Positions 1 to 12,320 of a DNA stretch of 64,000 bases are shown here, piece after piece; the first letter of the stretch is position 1; each line of letters begins with the position of its first letter. Under the pieces are notes generated by a model. The model worked only from the letters and a program-made list of their open reading frames with translations, had not been told where the DNA came from and did not search any database. The stretch lies in assembly GCA_002269645.1 (NCBI GenBank), contig NIVC01002335.1, forward strand, positions 1 through 64,000, in the 5' to 3' direction. A program made the translations under genes and the position numbers. Source of the DNA: Macrostomum lignano. Taxonomy: Eukaryota.

Positions 1-1730
1 CGATTGACTAAGCTACCGATTGACTAAGGTACGATTGACTAAGCTACCGATTGACTAAGCTACCGATTGACTAAGCTACCGATTGACTAAGCTACCGATT
101 GACTAAGCTACCGATTGACTAAGCTAACCGATTGACTAAGCTAGCTACGATTGACTAAGCTACCGATTGACTAAGCTACGCGATTGACTAAGCTACCGAT
201 TGACTAAGCTACCGATTGACTAAGCTACCGATTGACTAAGGTACGATTGACTAAGCTACCGATTGACTAAGCTACGCGATTGACTAAACTACCGATTGAC
301 TAAGCTACCGATTGACTAAGCTACCGATTGACTAAGCTACGAATTGACTAAGGTACGATTGACTAAGGTACCGATTGACTAAGCTACCGATTCACTAAGC
401 TACCGATTGACTAAGCTACCGATTGACTAAGCTACCGATTGACTAAGCTACCGATTGACTAAGCTACCGATTGAGTAAACTACGATTGACTAAGCTACCG
501 ATTGACTAAGCTACCGATTGACTAAGCTACCGATTGACTAAGCTACCGATTGACTAAGCTACCGATTGACTAATGCTACCGATTGACTAAGCTACCGATT
601 GACTAAGCTACGATTGACTAAACTACCGATTGACTAAGCTACCGATTGACTAAGGTACCGATTGACTAAGCTACCGATTGACTAAGCTACCGATTGACTA
701 AGCTACCGATTGACTAAGCTACGATTGACTAAGCTACGATTGACTAAGCTACCGATTGACTAGCTACCGATTGACGTAACTATATTGACTAAGCTACTGA
801 TTTGACTAAGTACATTGACTAAGCTACCGATTGACTAAGCTACCGATTGACTAAGCTACCGATTGACTAACCTACCGATTGACTAAGCTACCGATTGACT
901 AAGCTACCGATTGACTAAGGTACCGATTGACTAAGCTACGCGATTGACTAAGCTACCGATTGACTAAGCTACCGATTGACTAAGCTACCGATTGACTAAG
1001 CTACCGATTGACTAAGCTACAGATTGACTAAGCTACCGATTGACTAAGCTACCGATTGACTAAGCTACCGATTGACTAAGCTACCGATTGACTAAGCTAC
1101 CGATTGACTAAGCTACCGATTGACTAAGCTACCGATTGACTAAGCTACGATTGACTAAGCTACCGATTGACTAAGCTACCGATTGACTAAGCTACCGATT
1201 GACTAAGCTACCGATTGACTAAGCTACCGATTGACTAAGCTACAGATTGACTAAGCTACCGATTGACTATGCTACCGATTGACTAAGCTACCGATTGACT
1301 AAGCTACCGATTGACTAAGCTACCGATTGACTAAGCTACCGATTGACTAAGGTACGATTGACTAAGCTACCGATTGACTAAGCTACCGATTGACTAAGCT
1401 ACCGATTGACTAAGCTACCGATTGACTAAGCTACCGATTGACTAAGGTACCGATTGACTAAGCTACCGATTGACTAAGTACAGATTGACTAAGCTACCGA
1501 TTGACTAAGCTACCGATTGACTAAGCTACCGATTGACTAAGGTACCGATTGACTAAGCTACCGATTGACTAAGCTACCGATTGACTAAGCTACCGATTGA
1601 CTAAGGTACCGATTGACTAAGCTACCGATTGACTAAGCTACCGATTGACTAAGCTACCGATTGACTAACCTACGCGATTGACTAACCTACCGATTGAGTA
1701 AACTACTGACTAAGCCTATCATTGACTAAG
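1..1730. repeat. 16-bp minisatellite (TACCGATTGACTAAGC)n, runs off window start
   Basis: Direct periodicity, about 100 copies. Scattered indels may partly be long-read errors. Confidence 0.97.
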
Positions 1731-2253
1731 TGGGTAGGGGCCATAGCTGATATGGAATATATGGTAAGTTGGTAAAAGATTACTGAAGAAAACAAAATCT
1801 ATTTTTCATGAAGCAGAGAAACTTATTGCGAACAGTCGTTAGAGGAAGTTTGTCTGCGGGCTTGCCCTGTACTGCCACCGCACAGTCGGATTTCAGAGTT
1901 TCTAGGAAATTGGCTAGCTTCGCCGCATCGACGTACTTCCTTCACCTAAACGCGCCAGAGATGAACTTTTGCGGCGTACACATGGCAGATTAACATGGCC
2001 AAGCAAGAAAAGAAGTTTGTAGAAATAGAATTTACGCATCTTTTGCAAATGACCGCAGTTTCTAAAAGTATATCAAATTTTCACGGACTTTTTGACGCCC
2101 TCGCTTATTTCTGCTAATTTTCTGTTTCGAACGTAAACAGCAGTTGATAAAATTAATTGTCCAGATTGTTGTTAGTAAGATGTCTACCTGTTAAAATGGC
2201 TCTCAGTCCCTATTTCTATCGAATATTTTGCAGAGGAGCCCCTTGCCAATGTC

Positions 2254-5200
2254 ATGTCCTTAGCCATCATCACATGGAGGCTGTACCTGGCTGGAGCCAT
2301 TGCTAGCTTTGTTGGCGTCTGTTCGCTAATTGGTGCAGCAGCCACGGACACATTCTGTAGGCCTGCGGATCAGCTGGACCAACGGGACTCCAATGTCCGG
2401 TCGGCCAGCTGGCAGATTGGCCTTCTCGCGGTTGACACTTTCCGATGGCGCGAGCTCTGGATGCCAGGCAGTGACATTGTGCTTAGTGAGTGCAGTGGTA
2501 ATGTGTTGCATTGTGCCTGATCCTTGTGTCTTGTGTGTGTTGCATTGTGCCTGATCCTTGTGTCTTATGTGTGTTGCATTGTGCCTGATCCTTGTGTCTT
2601 GTGTGTGTTGCATTGTGCCTGATCCTTGTGTCTTGTGTGTGTTGCATTGTGCCTGATCCTTGTGTCTTGTGTGTGTTGCATTGTGCCTGATCCTTGTGTC
2701 TTGTGTGTGTTGCATTGTGCCTGATCCTTGTGTCTTGTGTGTGTTGCATTGTGCCTGATCCTTGTGTCTTGTACGTGTTGCATTGTGCCTGATCCTTGTG
2801 TCTTGTGTGTGTTGCATTGTGCCTGATCCTTGTGTCTTGTGTGTGTTGCATTGTGCCTGATCCTTGTGTCTTGTGTGTTGCATTGTGCCTGATCCTTGTG
2901 TCTTGTGTGTGTTGCATTGTGCCTGATCCTTGTGACTTGTGTGTGTTGCATTGTGCCTGATCCTTGTGTCTTGTGTGTTGCATTGTGCCTGATCCTTGTG
3001 TCTTGTGTGTGTTGCATTGTGCCTGATCCTTGTGTCTTGTGTGTGTTGCATTGTGCCTGATCCTTGTGTCTTGTGTGTGTTGCATTGTGCCTGATCCTTG
3101 TGTCTTGTGTGTGTTGCATTGTGCCTGATCCTTGTGTCTTGTACGTGTTGCATTGTGCCTGATCCTTGTGACTTGTGTGTTGCATTGTGCCTGATCCTTG
3201 TGTCTTGTGTGTGTTGCATTGTGCCTGATCCTTGTGTCTTGTGTGTGTTGCATTGTGCCTGATCCTTGTGTCTTGTACGTGTTGCATTGTGCCTGATCCT
3301 TGTGTCTTGTGTGTGTTGCATTGTGCCTGATCCTTGTGTCTTGTGTGTGTTGCATTGTGCCTGATCCTTGTGACTTGTGTGTGTTGCATTGTGCCTGATC
3401 CTTGTGTCTTGTGTGTTTGCATTGTGCCTGATCCTTGTGTCTTGTGTGTGTTGCATTGTGCCTGATCCTTGTGTCTTGTGTGTGTTGCATTGTGCCTGAT
3501 CCTTGTGTCTTGTGTGTGTTGCATTGTGCCTGATCCTTGTGTCTTGTGTGTGTTGCATTGTGCCTGATCCTTGTGTCTTCTGTGTGTTGCATTGTGCCTG
3601 ATCCTTGTGTCTTGTGTGTGTTGCATTGTGCCTGATCCTTGTGTCTTGTACGTGTTGCATTGTGCCTGATCCTTGTGTCTTCTGTGTGTTGCATTGTGCC
3701 TGATCCTTGTGTCTTGTGTGTGTTGCATTGTGCCTGATCCTTGTGTCTTGTGTGTGTTGCATTGTGCCTGATCCTTGTGTCTTGTGTGTTTGCATTGTGC
3801 CTGATCCTTGTGTCTTGTGTGTGTTGCATTGTGCCTGATCCTTGTGTCTTGTGTGTGTTGCATTGTGCCTGATCCTTGTGTCTTGTGTGTGTTGCATTGT
3901 GCCTGATCCTTGTGTCTTGTGTGTGTTGCATTGTGCCTGATCCTTGTGTCTTGTGTGTGTTGCATTGTGCCTGATCCTTGTGTCTTGTGTGTGTTGCATT
4001 GTGCCTGATCCTTGTGTCTTGTGTGTGTTGCATTGTGCCTGATCCTTGTGTCTTCTGTGTGTTGCATTGTGCCTGATCCTTGTGTCTTGTACGTGTTGCA
4101 TTGTGCCTGATCCTTGTGTCTTGTGTGTGTTGCATTGTGCCTGATCCTTGTGTCTTGTGTGTGTTGCATTGTGCCTGATCCTTGTGTCTTCTGTGTGTTG
4201 CATTGTGCCTGATCCTTGTGTCTTGTACGTGTTGCATTGTGCCTGATCCTTGTGTCTTGTACGTGTTGCATTGTGCCTGATCCTTGTGTCTTGTGTGTGT
4301 TGCATTGTGCCTGATCCTTGTGTCTTGTGTGTGTTGCATTGTGCCTGATCCTTGTGTCTTGTGTGTGTTGCATTGTGCCTGATCCTTGTGTCTTGTACGT
4401 GTTGCATTGTGCCTGATCCTTGTGTCTTGTGTGTTGCATTGTGCCTGATCCTTGTGTCTTGTGTGTGTTGCATTGTGCCTGATCCTTGTGTCTTGTGTGT
4501 GTTGCATTGTGCCTGATCCTTGTGTCTTCTGTGTGTTGCATTGTGCCTGATCCTTGTGTCTTGTGTGTGTTGCATTGTGCCTGATCCTTGTGTCTTGTGT
4601 GTGTTGCATTGTGCCTGATCCTTGTGTCTTCTTGTGCCTGATCCTTGTGTCTTGTGTGTGTTGCATTGTGCCTGATCCTTGTGTCTTGTGTGTGTTGCAT
4701 TGTGCCTGATCCTTGTGTCTTGTGTGTGTTGCATTGTGCCTGATCCTTGTGTCTTGTGTGTTGCATTGTGCCTGATCCTTGTGTCTTCTGTGTGTTGCAT
4801 TGTGCCTGATCCTTGTGTCTTCTGTGTGTTGCATTGTGCCTGATCCTTGTGTCTTGTGTGTGTTGCATTGTGCCTGATCCTTGTGTCTTGTGTGTTGCAT
4901 TGTGCCTGATCCTTGTGTCTTGTGTGTGTTGCATTGTGCCTGATCCTTGTGTCTTGTGTGTGTTGCATTGTGCCTTATCCTTGTGTCTTGTGTGTGTTGC
5001 ATTGTGCCTGATCCTTGTGTCTTGTTGTGTTGCATTGTGCCTTATCCTTGTGTCTTCTGTGTGTTGCATTGTGCCTGATCCTTGTGACTTGTGTGTGTTG
5101 CATTGTGCCTGATCCTTGTGTCTTGTTTGTGTTGCATTGGTTCGCTGCTGTTTCGTTTTGCCTTTATTTTTTTATTATTTTTTAACTTTTAAAAGCCGAA

Positions 5201-6361
5201 TTGCTGTGCGATCACTACAGAACGCATCGGGCCTCTCATACCGTACTAAAATCAGATCGTGATTCTTCGATTCTGACAGGAAATTTTGGATTAGAAAAAA
5301 TGTCGGATTATCAGACGGTTTAGGAAGTGGATTAATCAAAAAGATTATACTTAAGGATAAGGTTTTCAAGATCTTTGGCGCATTATTCGGAAATCTATTT
5401 AAAAAATTTGCGTGTCTTCAAGACGATTTCAGGAATTGAAAAAATGAAATATTTCATCGCCCATAATGATAGAGAAACCGGAGATGTCCGCATGAATATT
5501 GGCAAGCTTCACCGGGCAGCGAACGAAGTCTTCCCAACCCCCAAGTCCCTGAGTTCGAGTCACATTAGCGAGGGTCTCGGCTAACTGTTGAAAACATTCA
5601 GGCAACTCAAGCCCTAGCAACCAGTTCACACTCGGCTAACTGTTGAAAACATTCAGGCAACTCAAGCCCTAGCAACCAGTTCACACTCGGCTAACTGTTG
5701 AAAACATTCAGGCAACTCAAGCCCTAGCAACCAGTTCACACTCGGCTAACTGTTGAAAACATTCAGGCAACTCAAGCCCTAGCAACCAGTTCACACTCGG
5801 CTAACTGTTGAAAACATTCAGGCAACTCAAGCCCTAGCAACCAGTTCACACTCGGCTAACTGTTGAAAACATTCAGGCAACTCGAACTGGCGCTCAGCTG
5901 CTGTGTTCCTGTCGGGCGGTCTCGCCGCCTCAGTTGGCAGCCTGGCCTTCCACGCCGCCGTTGCGGCCTTTCCGGACTCCGCAATGACTGTCGCAATTGC
6001 CGCCGATGTCGGCCTGCTGGCCGGCGCACTGACGGCGCAGATCGCCTGTCTGGCTTGCGGCGAAGTCGGCGCCAAGCAACTGTCAGCGGAGCCCCGCCGC
6101 CTAGCGGCAGCAGTCGAAGGTCTGATGGCGCCATCGGGCCCGGCCGAGGGCGAGTCGATCTGGGCGGAGCGCGGAACGGCTTTCTGGCTGCTCGTTGCTG
6201 CCGTTTTCGGCCATCTGGCCGGCTTGCTGTGCGAGATTCCTCGAGCCTGGCTGCTGGCGGAGCGGCAGCTGGACGCTCGATCGACTGCCGATACGGATGC
6301 TGCCCAGGTGGTGGAGAGCGCTCACTGCTATCCGATGCGCTGCATAGCAACTCGCCCATAG
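2254..6361 (+). CDS. Claudin/PMP22/clarin-superfamily tetraspan membrane protein, about 240 aa; join(2254..2485 or 2497, 5877..6361)
   Basis: Exon 1 encodes TM1 then ATDTF...WQIGL, like the claudin-family ATDxW and GLW motifs. Both candidate donors (2486 GTGAGT, 2498 GTAATG) are phase 1. They match acceptor TTCAG|5877, opening NSNWRSAAVFLSGG... with three more hydrophobic helices, the last being RGTAFWLLVAAVFGHLAGLLC (GxSFxL-type TM4). An undetected middle exon cannot be excluded. Confidence 0.7.
2502..5138. repeat. 34-bp intronic minisatellite (GTGTTGCATTGTGCCTGATCCTTGTGTCTTGTGT)n
   Basis: Direct periodicity. The 34-aa period of the spurious ORFs equals 3 x 34 bp. Confidence 0.97.
5576..5884. 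repeat. 55-bp tandem repeat, about 5.5 copies; the last copy supplies the exon-2 splice acceptor
   Basis: CTAACTGTTG recurs at 5581, 5636, 5691, 5746, 5801 and 5856. Confidence 0.95.
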
Positions 6362-6502
6362 CAACTCGCCCATAGCAACTCGCCCATAGCAACTCGCCCA
6401 TAGCAACTCGCCCATAGCAACTCGCCCATAGCAACTCGCCCATAGCAACTCGCCCATAGCAACTCGCCCATAGCAACTCGCCCATAGCAACTCGCCCATA
6501 GC
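6343..6502. repeat. 14-bp tandem repeat (CATAGCAACTCGCC)n overlapping the stop codon of the claudin-like gene
   Basis: About 11 copies. The stop TAG at 6359-6361 lies inside the repeat. Confidence 0.95.
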
Positions 6503-6626
6503 TTCGAGACACAATGTTTCGAGAACAGTTTCGCTGACAAATCTTAGAGCATTGAACGAACTAAAGTTGTAAGTTCGGTACAAGTTTTACGTTAAATGCT
6601 GAACTACTGGATTTCTGGCTGACCGA

Positions 6627-6935
6627 GAGGGGGTTGTAGCCTAGTGGATACAGCGTCGAACTCACGACTTGAAGGTCGGGGGTTCGATTCTCGATCCCAC
6701 AGGAACAATTTGTGTCCTTGAGCAAGACACTTAACTCTGCATTGCTTCAGTTCACCCAGCTGTAAAATGGGTGCCAGCATTAGCTGGGGTAATTGAGGGT
6801 GTGTGTGGCGACCACCAAGTCCTTGGACTGAAAGCCGTACACAGCCTTCAGATACGCCGCGCAATAGCTGCGGCTGAGCTGTCGGTTGCACAACTGGCCA
6901 TTAGGGCAGGTGTAGTCAATTATTGTTATTATTAT
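6627..6935 (+). mobile_element. tRNA-derived CORE-type SINE, copy 1 (full length)
   Basis: A-box TAGCCTAGTGG (~6637), B-box GGTTCGATTC (6681), CORE-like TGTGTCCTTGAGCAAGACACTTAAC...CTGTAAAATGGG (6711-6771), (ATT)n tail. Two further copies occur in the window. Confidence 0.85.
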
Positions 6936-7569
6936 TGGCAGACCGAAAACATGTGTGTGTGTTCTGTGCTCAGCTTTTTTCCTCAGAAGTGATGCAGTAC
7001 CAGAGACCGTCCAGCATCTCCGGAATGTGTACTTTCGGGACTTACGAGAGCTGCGTCTTACTGCTTCAGTCAGCAAGTAGGGATAAGAGGAAGGCACCGG
7101 AAGTGCTCATTAATTTTGAGATACGCTCGTACACTCGGCCGGACCACTTCTGTCTCTACCGATGACGTGTTGAAGAATTTGAGGGCCAATCATTATTATA
7201 GATGTTTCTCAGCATATCCTGTTCTGCACCAGACCGTAATAAAATCGTCATTTTCATTCTTTACAAAAATTCAACTTCAATTATAATTATTAAATTTTTA
7301 CGAATTGATCAATTGAAATTTATTAGTAACGCAGTTCCGGGCTTCACAATTTTTAAAATTATTTTTTTATTTTTAGTCAACTCAGATATTTAATAAAATT
7401 GTACTTTCGACGCAGTAAGTACAGCTTTCATTTAGGAAGACTGCATGCTGTGCATCTACCGTAAACTCACTTCAGCTGCTAGATACTGAAAGAATTTTCA
7501 GTGCTAATAAATACAGTTTTAGGATTCAGTACCTGTCCAGTCTTGTTAGGCGTTTCGGATCTATTTAGC

Positions 7570-7683
7570 TGACTCAGCCAATATCCAAAGGGAGACTCAG
7601 GACTCGTCAATGAACTGAGTTAACCAGCCAATGATTGGCAGGCAAGGATATCAGCGAATGAAGGGTGACTCTGCAAGTATAAA
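7570..7683 (+). promoter_or_regulatory. Probable core promoter of the GPCR gene (CCAAT boxes + TATA)
   Basis: CCAAT at 7578 and 7628, TATAAA at 7678-7683. A clean 5'UTR intron follows at 7770-7842 (GTAAGT...GCTAAC...TTTTAG). Confidence 0.55.
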
Positions 7684-7866
7684 GCTCTGAAGCTCTGAGT
7701 CCAGCGTGGGATTTGGGAACACTGTTATCAAGAAATTAATTTGATAAAATATTTTACTAATAACTGACGGTAAGTCAATTGCTTTTAATTTCACACTCTG
7801 TATACAAATAGTCCAGAAAAATGCTAACATTTCTTGTTTTAGGACTTTTTTAATATTCCATTATCG

Positions 7867-8579
7867 ACGGTTTCGGACACGGGTTTCGGACACGGGTTTC
7901 GGACACGGGTTTCAGGCGCGGGTTTCGGACACGGGTTTCAGGCACGGGTTTCAGGCACGGGTTTCGGACACGGGTTTCAGGCACGGGTTTCAGGCACGGG
8001 TTTAAGACACGTATTTCGGACACGGGTTTCAGGCACGGGTTTCAGGCACGGGTTTCAGGCACGGGTTTCAGACACGGGTTTCAGGCACGGGTTTCGGACA
8101 CGGGTTTCAGGCACGTATTTCGGACACGGGTTTCAGGCACGGGTTTAAGACACGTATTTCGGACACGGGTTTCAGGCACGGGTTTCAGGCACGGGTTTCA
8201 GGCACGGGTTTAAGACACGGATTTCGGACACGGGTTTCAGGCACGGGTTTCAGGCACGGGTTTCAGGCACGGGTTTAAGACACGGATTTCGGACACGGGT
8301 TTCGGGAGTGGATTTCGGGAATGCGTTTCGGACATGGATTTCGGACACATGTTTCGGGAGTGGATTGCGGGAATGCGTTTCGGACATGGATTTCGGACAC
8401 GGGTTTCGGACACGGGTTTCAGGCATGGGTTTCAGGCACGGGTTTCGGACACAGGTTTCAGGCAGGGTTTCAGACACGGGTTTCGGACACGGGTTTCGGA
8501 TACGAGTTTCGGACACGGGTTTCGGACACGGGTTTCGGATACGAGTTTCGGACACGGGTTTCGGACACGGGTTTCGGAC
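7867..8579. repeat. 13-bp minisatellite (CGGACACGGGTTT / CAGGCACGGGTTT)n upstream of the GPCR start
   Basis: Direct periodicity. An acceptor CCTTCAG at 8623 follows. Confidence 0.95.
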
Positions 8580-8635
8580 TTAAGAATCTTAATTTAATTA
8601 AGAGTTTTTCGCTTTGCCTTCAGAAGCCGAGAAGC

Positions 8636-11600
8636 ATGAGCAACGATTCGGAGGCTGAGGTCTGCATCAAAGAGTACTCGGAGACCCACGCCAACAGCAC
8701 TTGGCTAAGCGACGCGGCGCCCTACATCTACCTGGGCTTCGCCATCGCTGGCATCGCTCTGAACGCCGTGGTGATCTGGCTGCTGTGCAGGCGCCACATG
8801 CACATGAGCCGCAACCCGCGCCTGCTGGTCATCAACCAGTCGGTCATCGACTTGGCCACCTGCGCCGTGACCACCGTCAAGTGGTCCACCGTGCACCTGC
8901 CCAGCAGGGTGCCTGAGAACCTGTTGGGTAGCATCGCCTGTCACTTGTGGTTCAGCCAGAGCGCCGTCTGGATTCTGGTCAATGCCAGCACGGTGAGACT
9001 TCACTCATATGCTGTTGCTGCGTACGGAACAGAGAGACTGCCTGAAGTCCGGTCACTCAGGGTGTACAGGGACGGCCTGACTCATTCGTTTTTAGTTGTG
9101 TACACAGAATTTGCCTGGGGGTGGTGGCTGTGCTTCATCTGTGTGAATCTAATGACAATTGCCCTGTCCCTGACCGATTGCTTAGTAGGACAAATATGAA
9201 AAACTAACACATGAAGCTACCTTAGCAAATGGCGGAAAATGATGTTTGAACTGTCGTATAAAAGTCAGAGGAGAGAGTAAACCGCGATGAGGATCAGGCT
9301 ACATTGAAAATTAACGAAACTGTGGACCTCCCCCTGTGCATGTAGATCGTACGCACAACACGCACAAGATAAAACGGCCCAATTAGGGGCCACCACGCGC
9401 GAAAACAGAGAAAATACGCTCCTAGGAAATGATACGATAAGAGACAGGGGGAGCCCACCAATAGACAGGGGCACCCACCAAGAGACAGGGGGCACCTACC
9501 AAGAGACAGGGGGCACCCACCAAGAGACAGGGGGCACCCACCAAGAGACAGGGGGCACCCACCAAGAGACAGGGGGCACCCACCAAGAGACAGGGGCCAC
9601 CCACCAAGAGACAGGGGGAGCCCACCAATAGACAGGGGCCACCCACCAAGAGACAGGGGGAGCCCACCAAGAGACAGGGGGAGCCCACCAAGAGACAGGG
9701 GGAGCCCACCAAGAGACAGGGGGCACCCACCAAGAGACAGGGGGCACCCACCAAGAGACAGGGGGAGCCCACCAAGAGACAGGGGGCACCCACCAAGAGA
9801 CAGGGGGCACCCACCAAGAGACAGGGGGAGCCCACCAATAGACAGGGGGCACCTACCAAGAGACAGGGGGCACCCACCAATAGACAGGGGCCACCCACCA
9901 AGAGACAGGGGGAGCCCACCAAGAGACAGAGGCCACCCACCAAGAGACAGGGGGCACCCACCAAGAGACAGGGGCCACCTACCAAGAGACAGGGGGCACC
10001 CACCAAGAGACAGGGGCCACCCACCAATAGACAGGGGCCACCCACCAAGAGACAGGGGGAGCCCACCAAGAGACAGGGGGCACCCACCAAGAGACAGGGG
10101 GAGCCCACCAAGAGACAGGGGGCACCCACCAAGAGACAGGGGGCACCCACCAAGAGACAGGGGCCACCCACCAATAGACAGGGGGCACCCACCAAGAGAC
10201 AGGGGGTACCCACCAAGAGACAGGGGCACCCACCAAGAGACAGGGGGCACCCACCAATAGACAGGGGGCACCCACCAAGAGACAGTGGCCACCCACCAAG
10301 AGACAGGGGCCACCCACCAATAGACAGGGGGCACCCACCAAAAGACAGGGGCCACCCACCAAGAGACAGGGGGCACCCACCAATAGACAGGGGGAGCCCA
10401 CCAAGAGACAGGGGCCACCCACCAAGAGACAGGGGGAGCCCACCAAGAGACAGGGGGAGCCCACCAAGAGACAGGGGCCACCCACCAAGAGACAGGGGGA
10501 GCCCACCAAGAGACAGGGGCCACCCACCAAGAGACAGGGGGAGCCCACCAAGAGACAGGGGGCACCCACCAAGAGACAGGGGGAGCCCACCAAGAGACAG
10601 GGGGCACCCACCAAGAGACAGTGGCCACCCACCAAGAGACAGGGGCCACCCACCAATAGACAGGGGGCACCCACCAAGAGACAGGGGCACCCACCAATAG
10701 ACAAGGGGTTCCCACCAAGAGACAGGGGCCACCCACCAAGAGACAGGGGGCACCCACCAATAGACAGGGGGCACCCACCAAGAGACAGGGGGAGCCCACC
10801 AAGAGACAGGGGGAGCCCACCAAGAGACAGGGGGAGCCCACCAAGAGACAGGGGCCACCCACCAAGAGACAGGGGGCACCCACCAAGAGAGGGGCCACCC
10901 ACCAAGAGACAGGGGGCACCCACCAAGAGACAGGGGGAGCCCACCAAGAGACAGGGGGAGCCCACCAAGAGACAGGGGGAGCCCACCAAGAGACAGGGGG
11001 CACCCACCAAGAGACAGGGGGAGCCCACCAAGAGACAGAGGGAGCCCACCAAGAGACAGGGGGCACCCACCAAGAGACAGGGGGAGCCCACCAAGAGACA
11101 GGGGACACCCACCAAGAGACAGGGGCACCCACCAAGAGACAGGGGGAGCCCACCAAAAGACAGGGGGAGCCCACCAAGAGACAGTTGGCACTCATCAAGA
11201 GACAGGGGGAGCCCACCAAGAGACAGGGGGAGCCCACCAAGAGACAGTTGGCACTCATTAAGAGACAGGGGGAGCCCACCAAGAGACAGGGGGAGCCCAC
11301 CAAGAGACAGGGGGAGCCCACCAAGAGACAGGGGGAGCCCACCAAGAGACAGGGGGAGCCCACCAAGAGACAGGGGGAGCCCACCAAGAGACAGGGGGAG
11401 CCCACCAAGAGACAGGGGTCACCCACCAAGAGACAGGGGGCACCCACCAAGAGACAGGGGGAGCCCACCAAGAGACAGGGGGAGCCCACCAAGAGACAGG
11501 GGGAGCCCACCAAGAGAAATCTTTCAGTGGAAGACTCGATTTCCAACGATCACCTCGCTCTGCCCGCAGTTCAACCTGCAGATCATCACTCTCGAGCGCT

Positions 11601-12274
11601 TCTTCGCCATCGTGCGGCCAATGGTGCGCCGTCAGCTGTGGAAGATTCGACTGGCCTGCGGCCTGGCCTGGCTGCTCGGCCTGGCGCATCAGTGGCGCGG
11701 CCTGGCCGACTTTCGGCGCGGCAGCCCGGACGGACCGACGGCCGGATGCTGCATCCTGTCCGGCCTGGTGCCCCCGGAGCTGGCCTTCGCCTATGGCCTG
11801 TTGAACTACGCCGTGAAGTTCGCCTTCCCGTTGGTGAACATGACCGTCTGCTACGCTTGGATGATCGTAGAGCTGCGCAAGCGGTTCAAGTTTACCACCC
11901 AGCAGCAGCAGGCGGCCTGCAAGAAGCTGGCGGCTTCACGCGTTCTGATCAAGACCTTCACCATAGCCGGGGTCGCCTACGTGCTCTGCTTCGCCGCCAA
12001 CCAGACCAACTTCTTGCTGATCGCTTTCGGCCTCATTGCCAACAATTTCCTGTCATTCTTCTACAACATCACCCTGTTCCTGGTGAGCCTGAACTCGCTG
12101 GTGAACCCAATTATCTACTTCGCCTTCATGCCGCGGTTCCGACAGGCTTTCGTTGTTGCCGTCTACCGGACCTGTGGAAGAGGAGAATGCGGAGGAGGCG
12201 GTGGCGGCAAGAGCTGCTCTGCCGGCAGCGAAGACTGGGAATCTAGGAGCGCCGCCGCTGCCACAGCTCGATAA
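8636..12274 (+). CDS. Orphan class A (rhodopsin-like) GPCR, 353 aa; join(8636..8992, 11570..12274)
   Basis: TM1 GIALNAVV; TM2 NQSVIDL; phase-0 junction gives NAST|FNLQIITLERFFAIVRP (ERF = DRY variant); TM7 NSLVNPIIYF (NPxxY). Donor GTGAGA at 8993, acceptor CCCGCAG at 11569. Confidence 0.92.
9439..11517. repeat. 21-bp (some 20-bp) intronic minisatellite (CCACCAAGAGACAGGGGGAGC)n
   Basis: Direct periodicity inside the GPCR intron. Confidence 0.97.
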
Positions 12275-12320
12275 ATAAGCACTGGCTTGGCGAGGGGTGG
12301 CATGGCGCATCATGGAAGGC

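Noticed and set aside
1741-2233. Donor ATG|GTAAGT at 1764 and acceptor at 2233 as an upstream coding exon of the claudin-like gene
   Set aside because: The phases do not match and the compatible frame has a stop. At most a 5'UTR exon.
2326-5069. 830-880-aa ORFs in all three minus frames
   Set aside because: They arise from a stop-free 34-bp repeat. All frames give the same permuted peptide, and the region is an intron of a plus-strand gene.
9294-11546. Long ORFs (750, 589 and 378 aa) in the 21-bp array
   Set aside because: Repeat translations inside the GPCR intron, with no coding signature.
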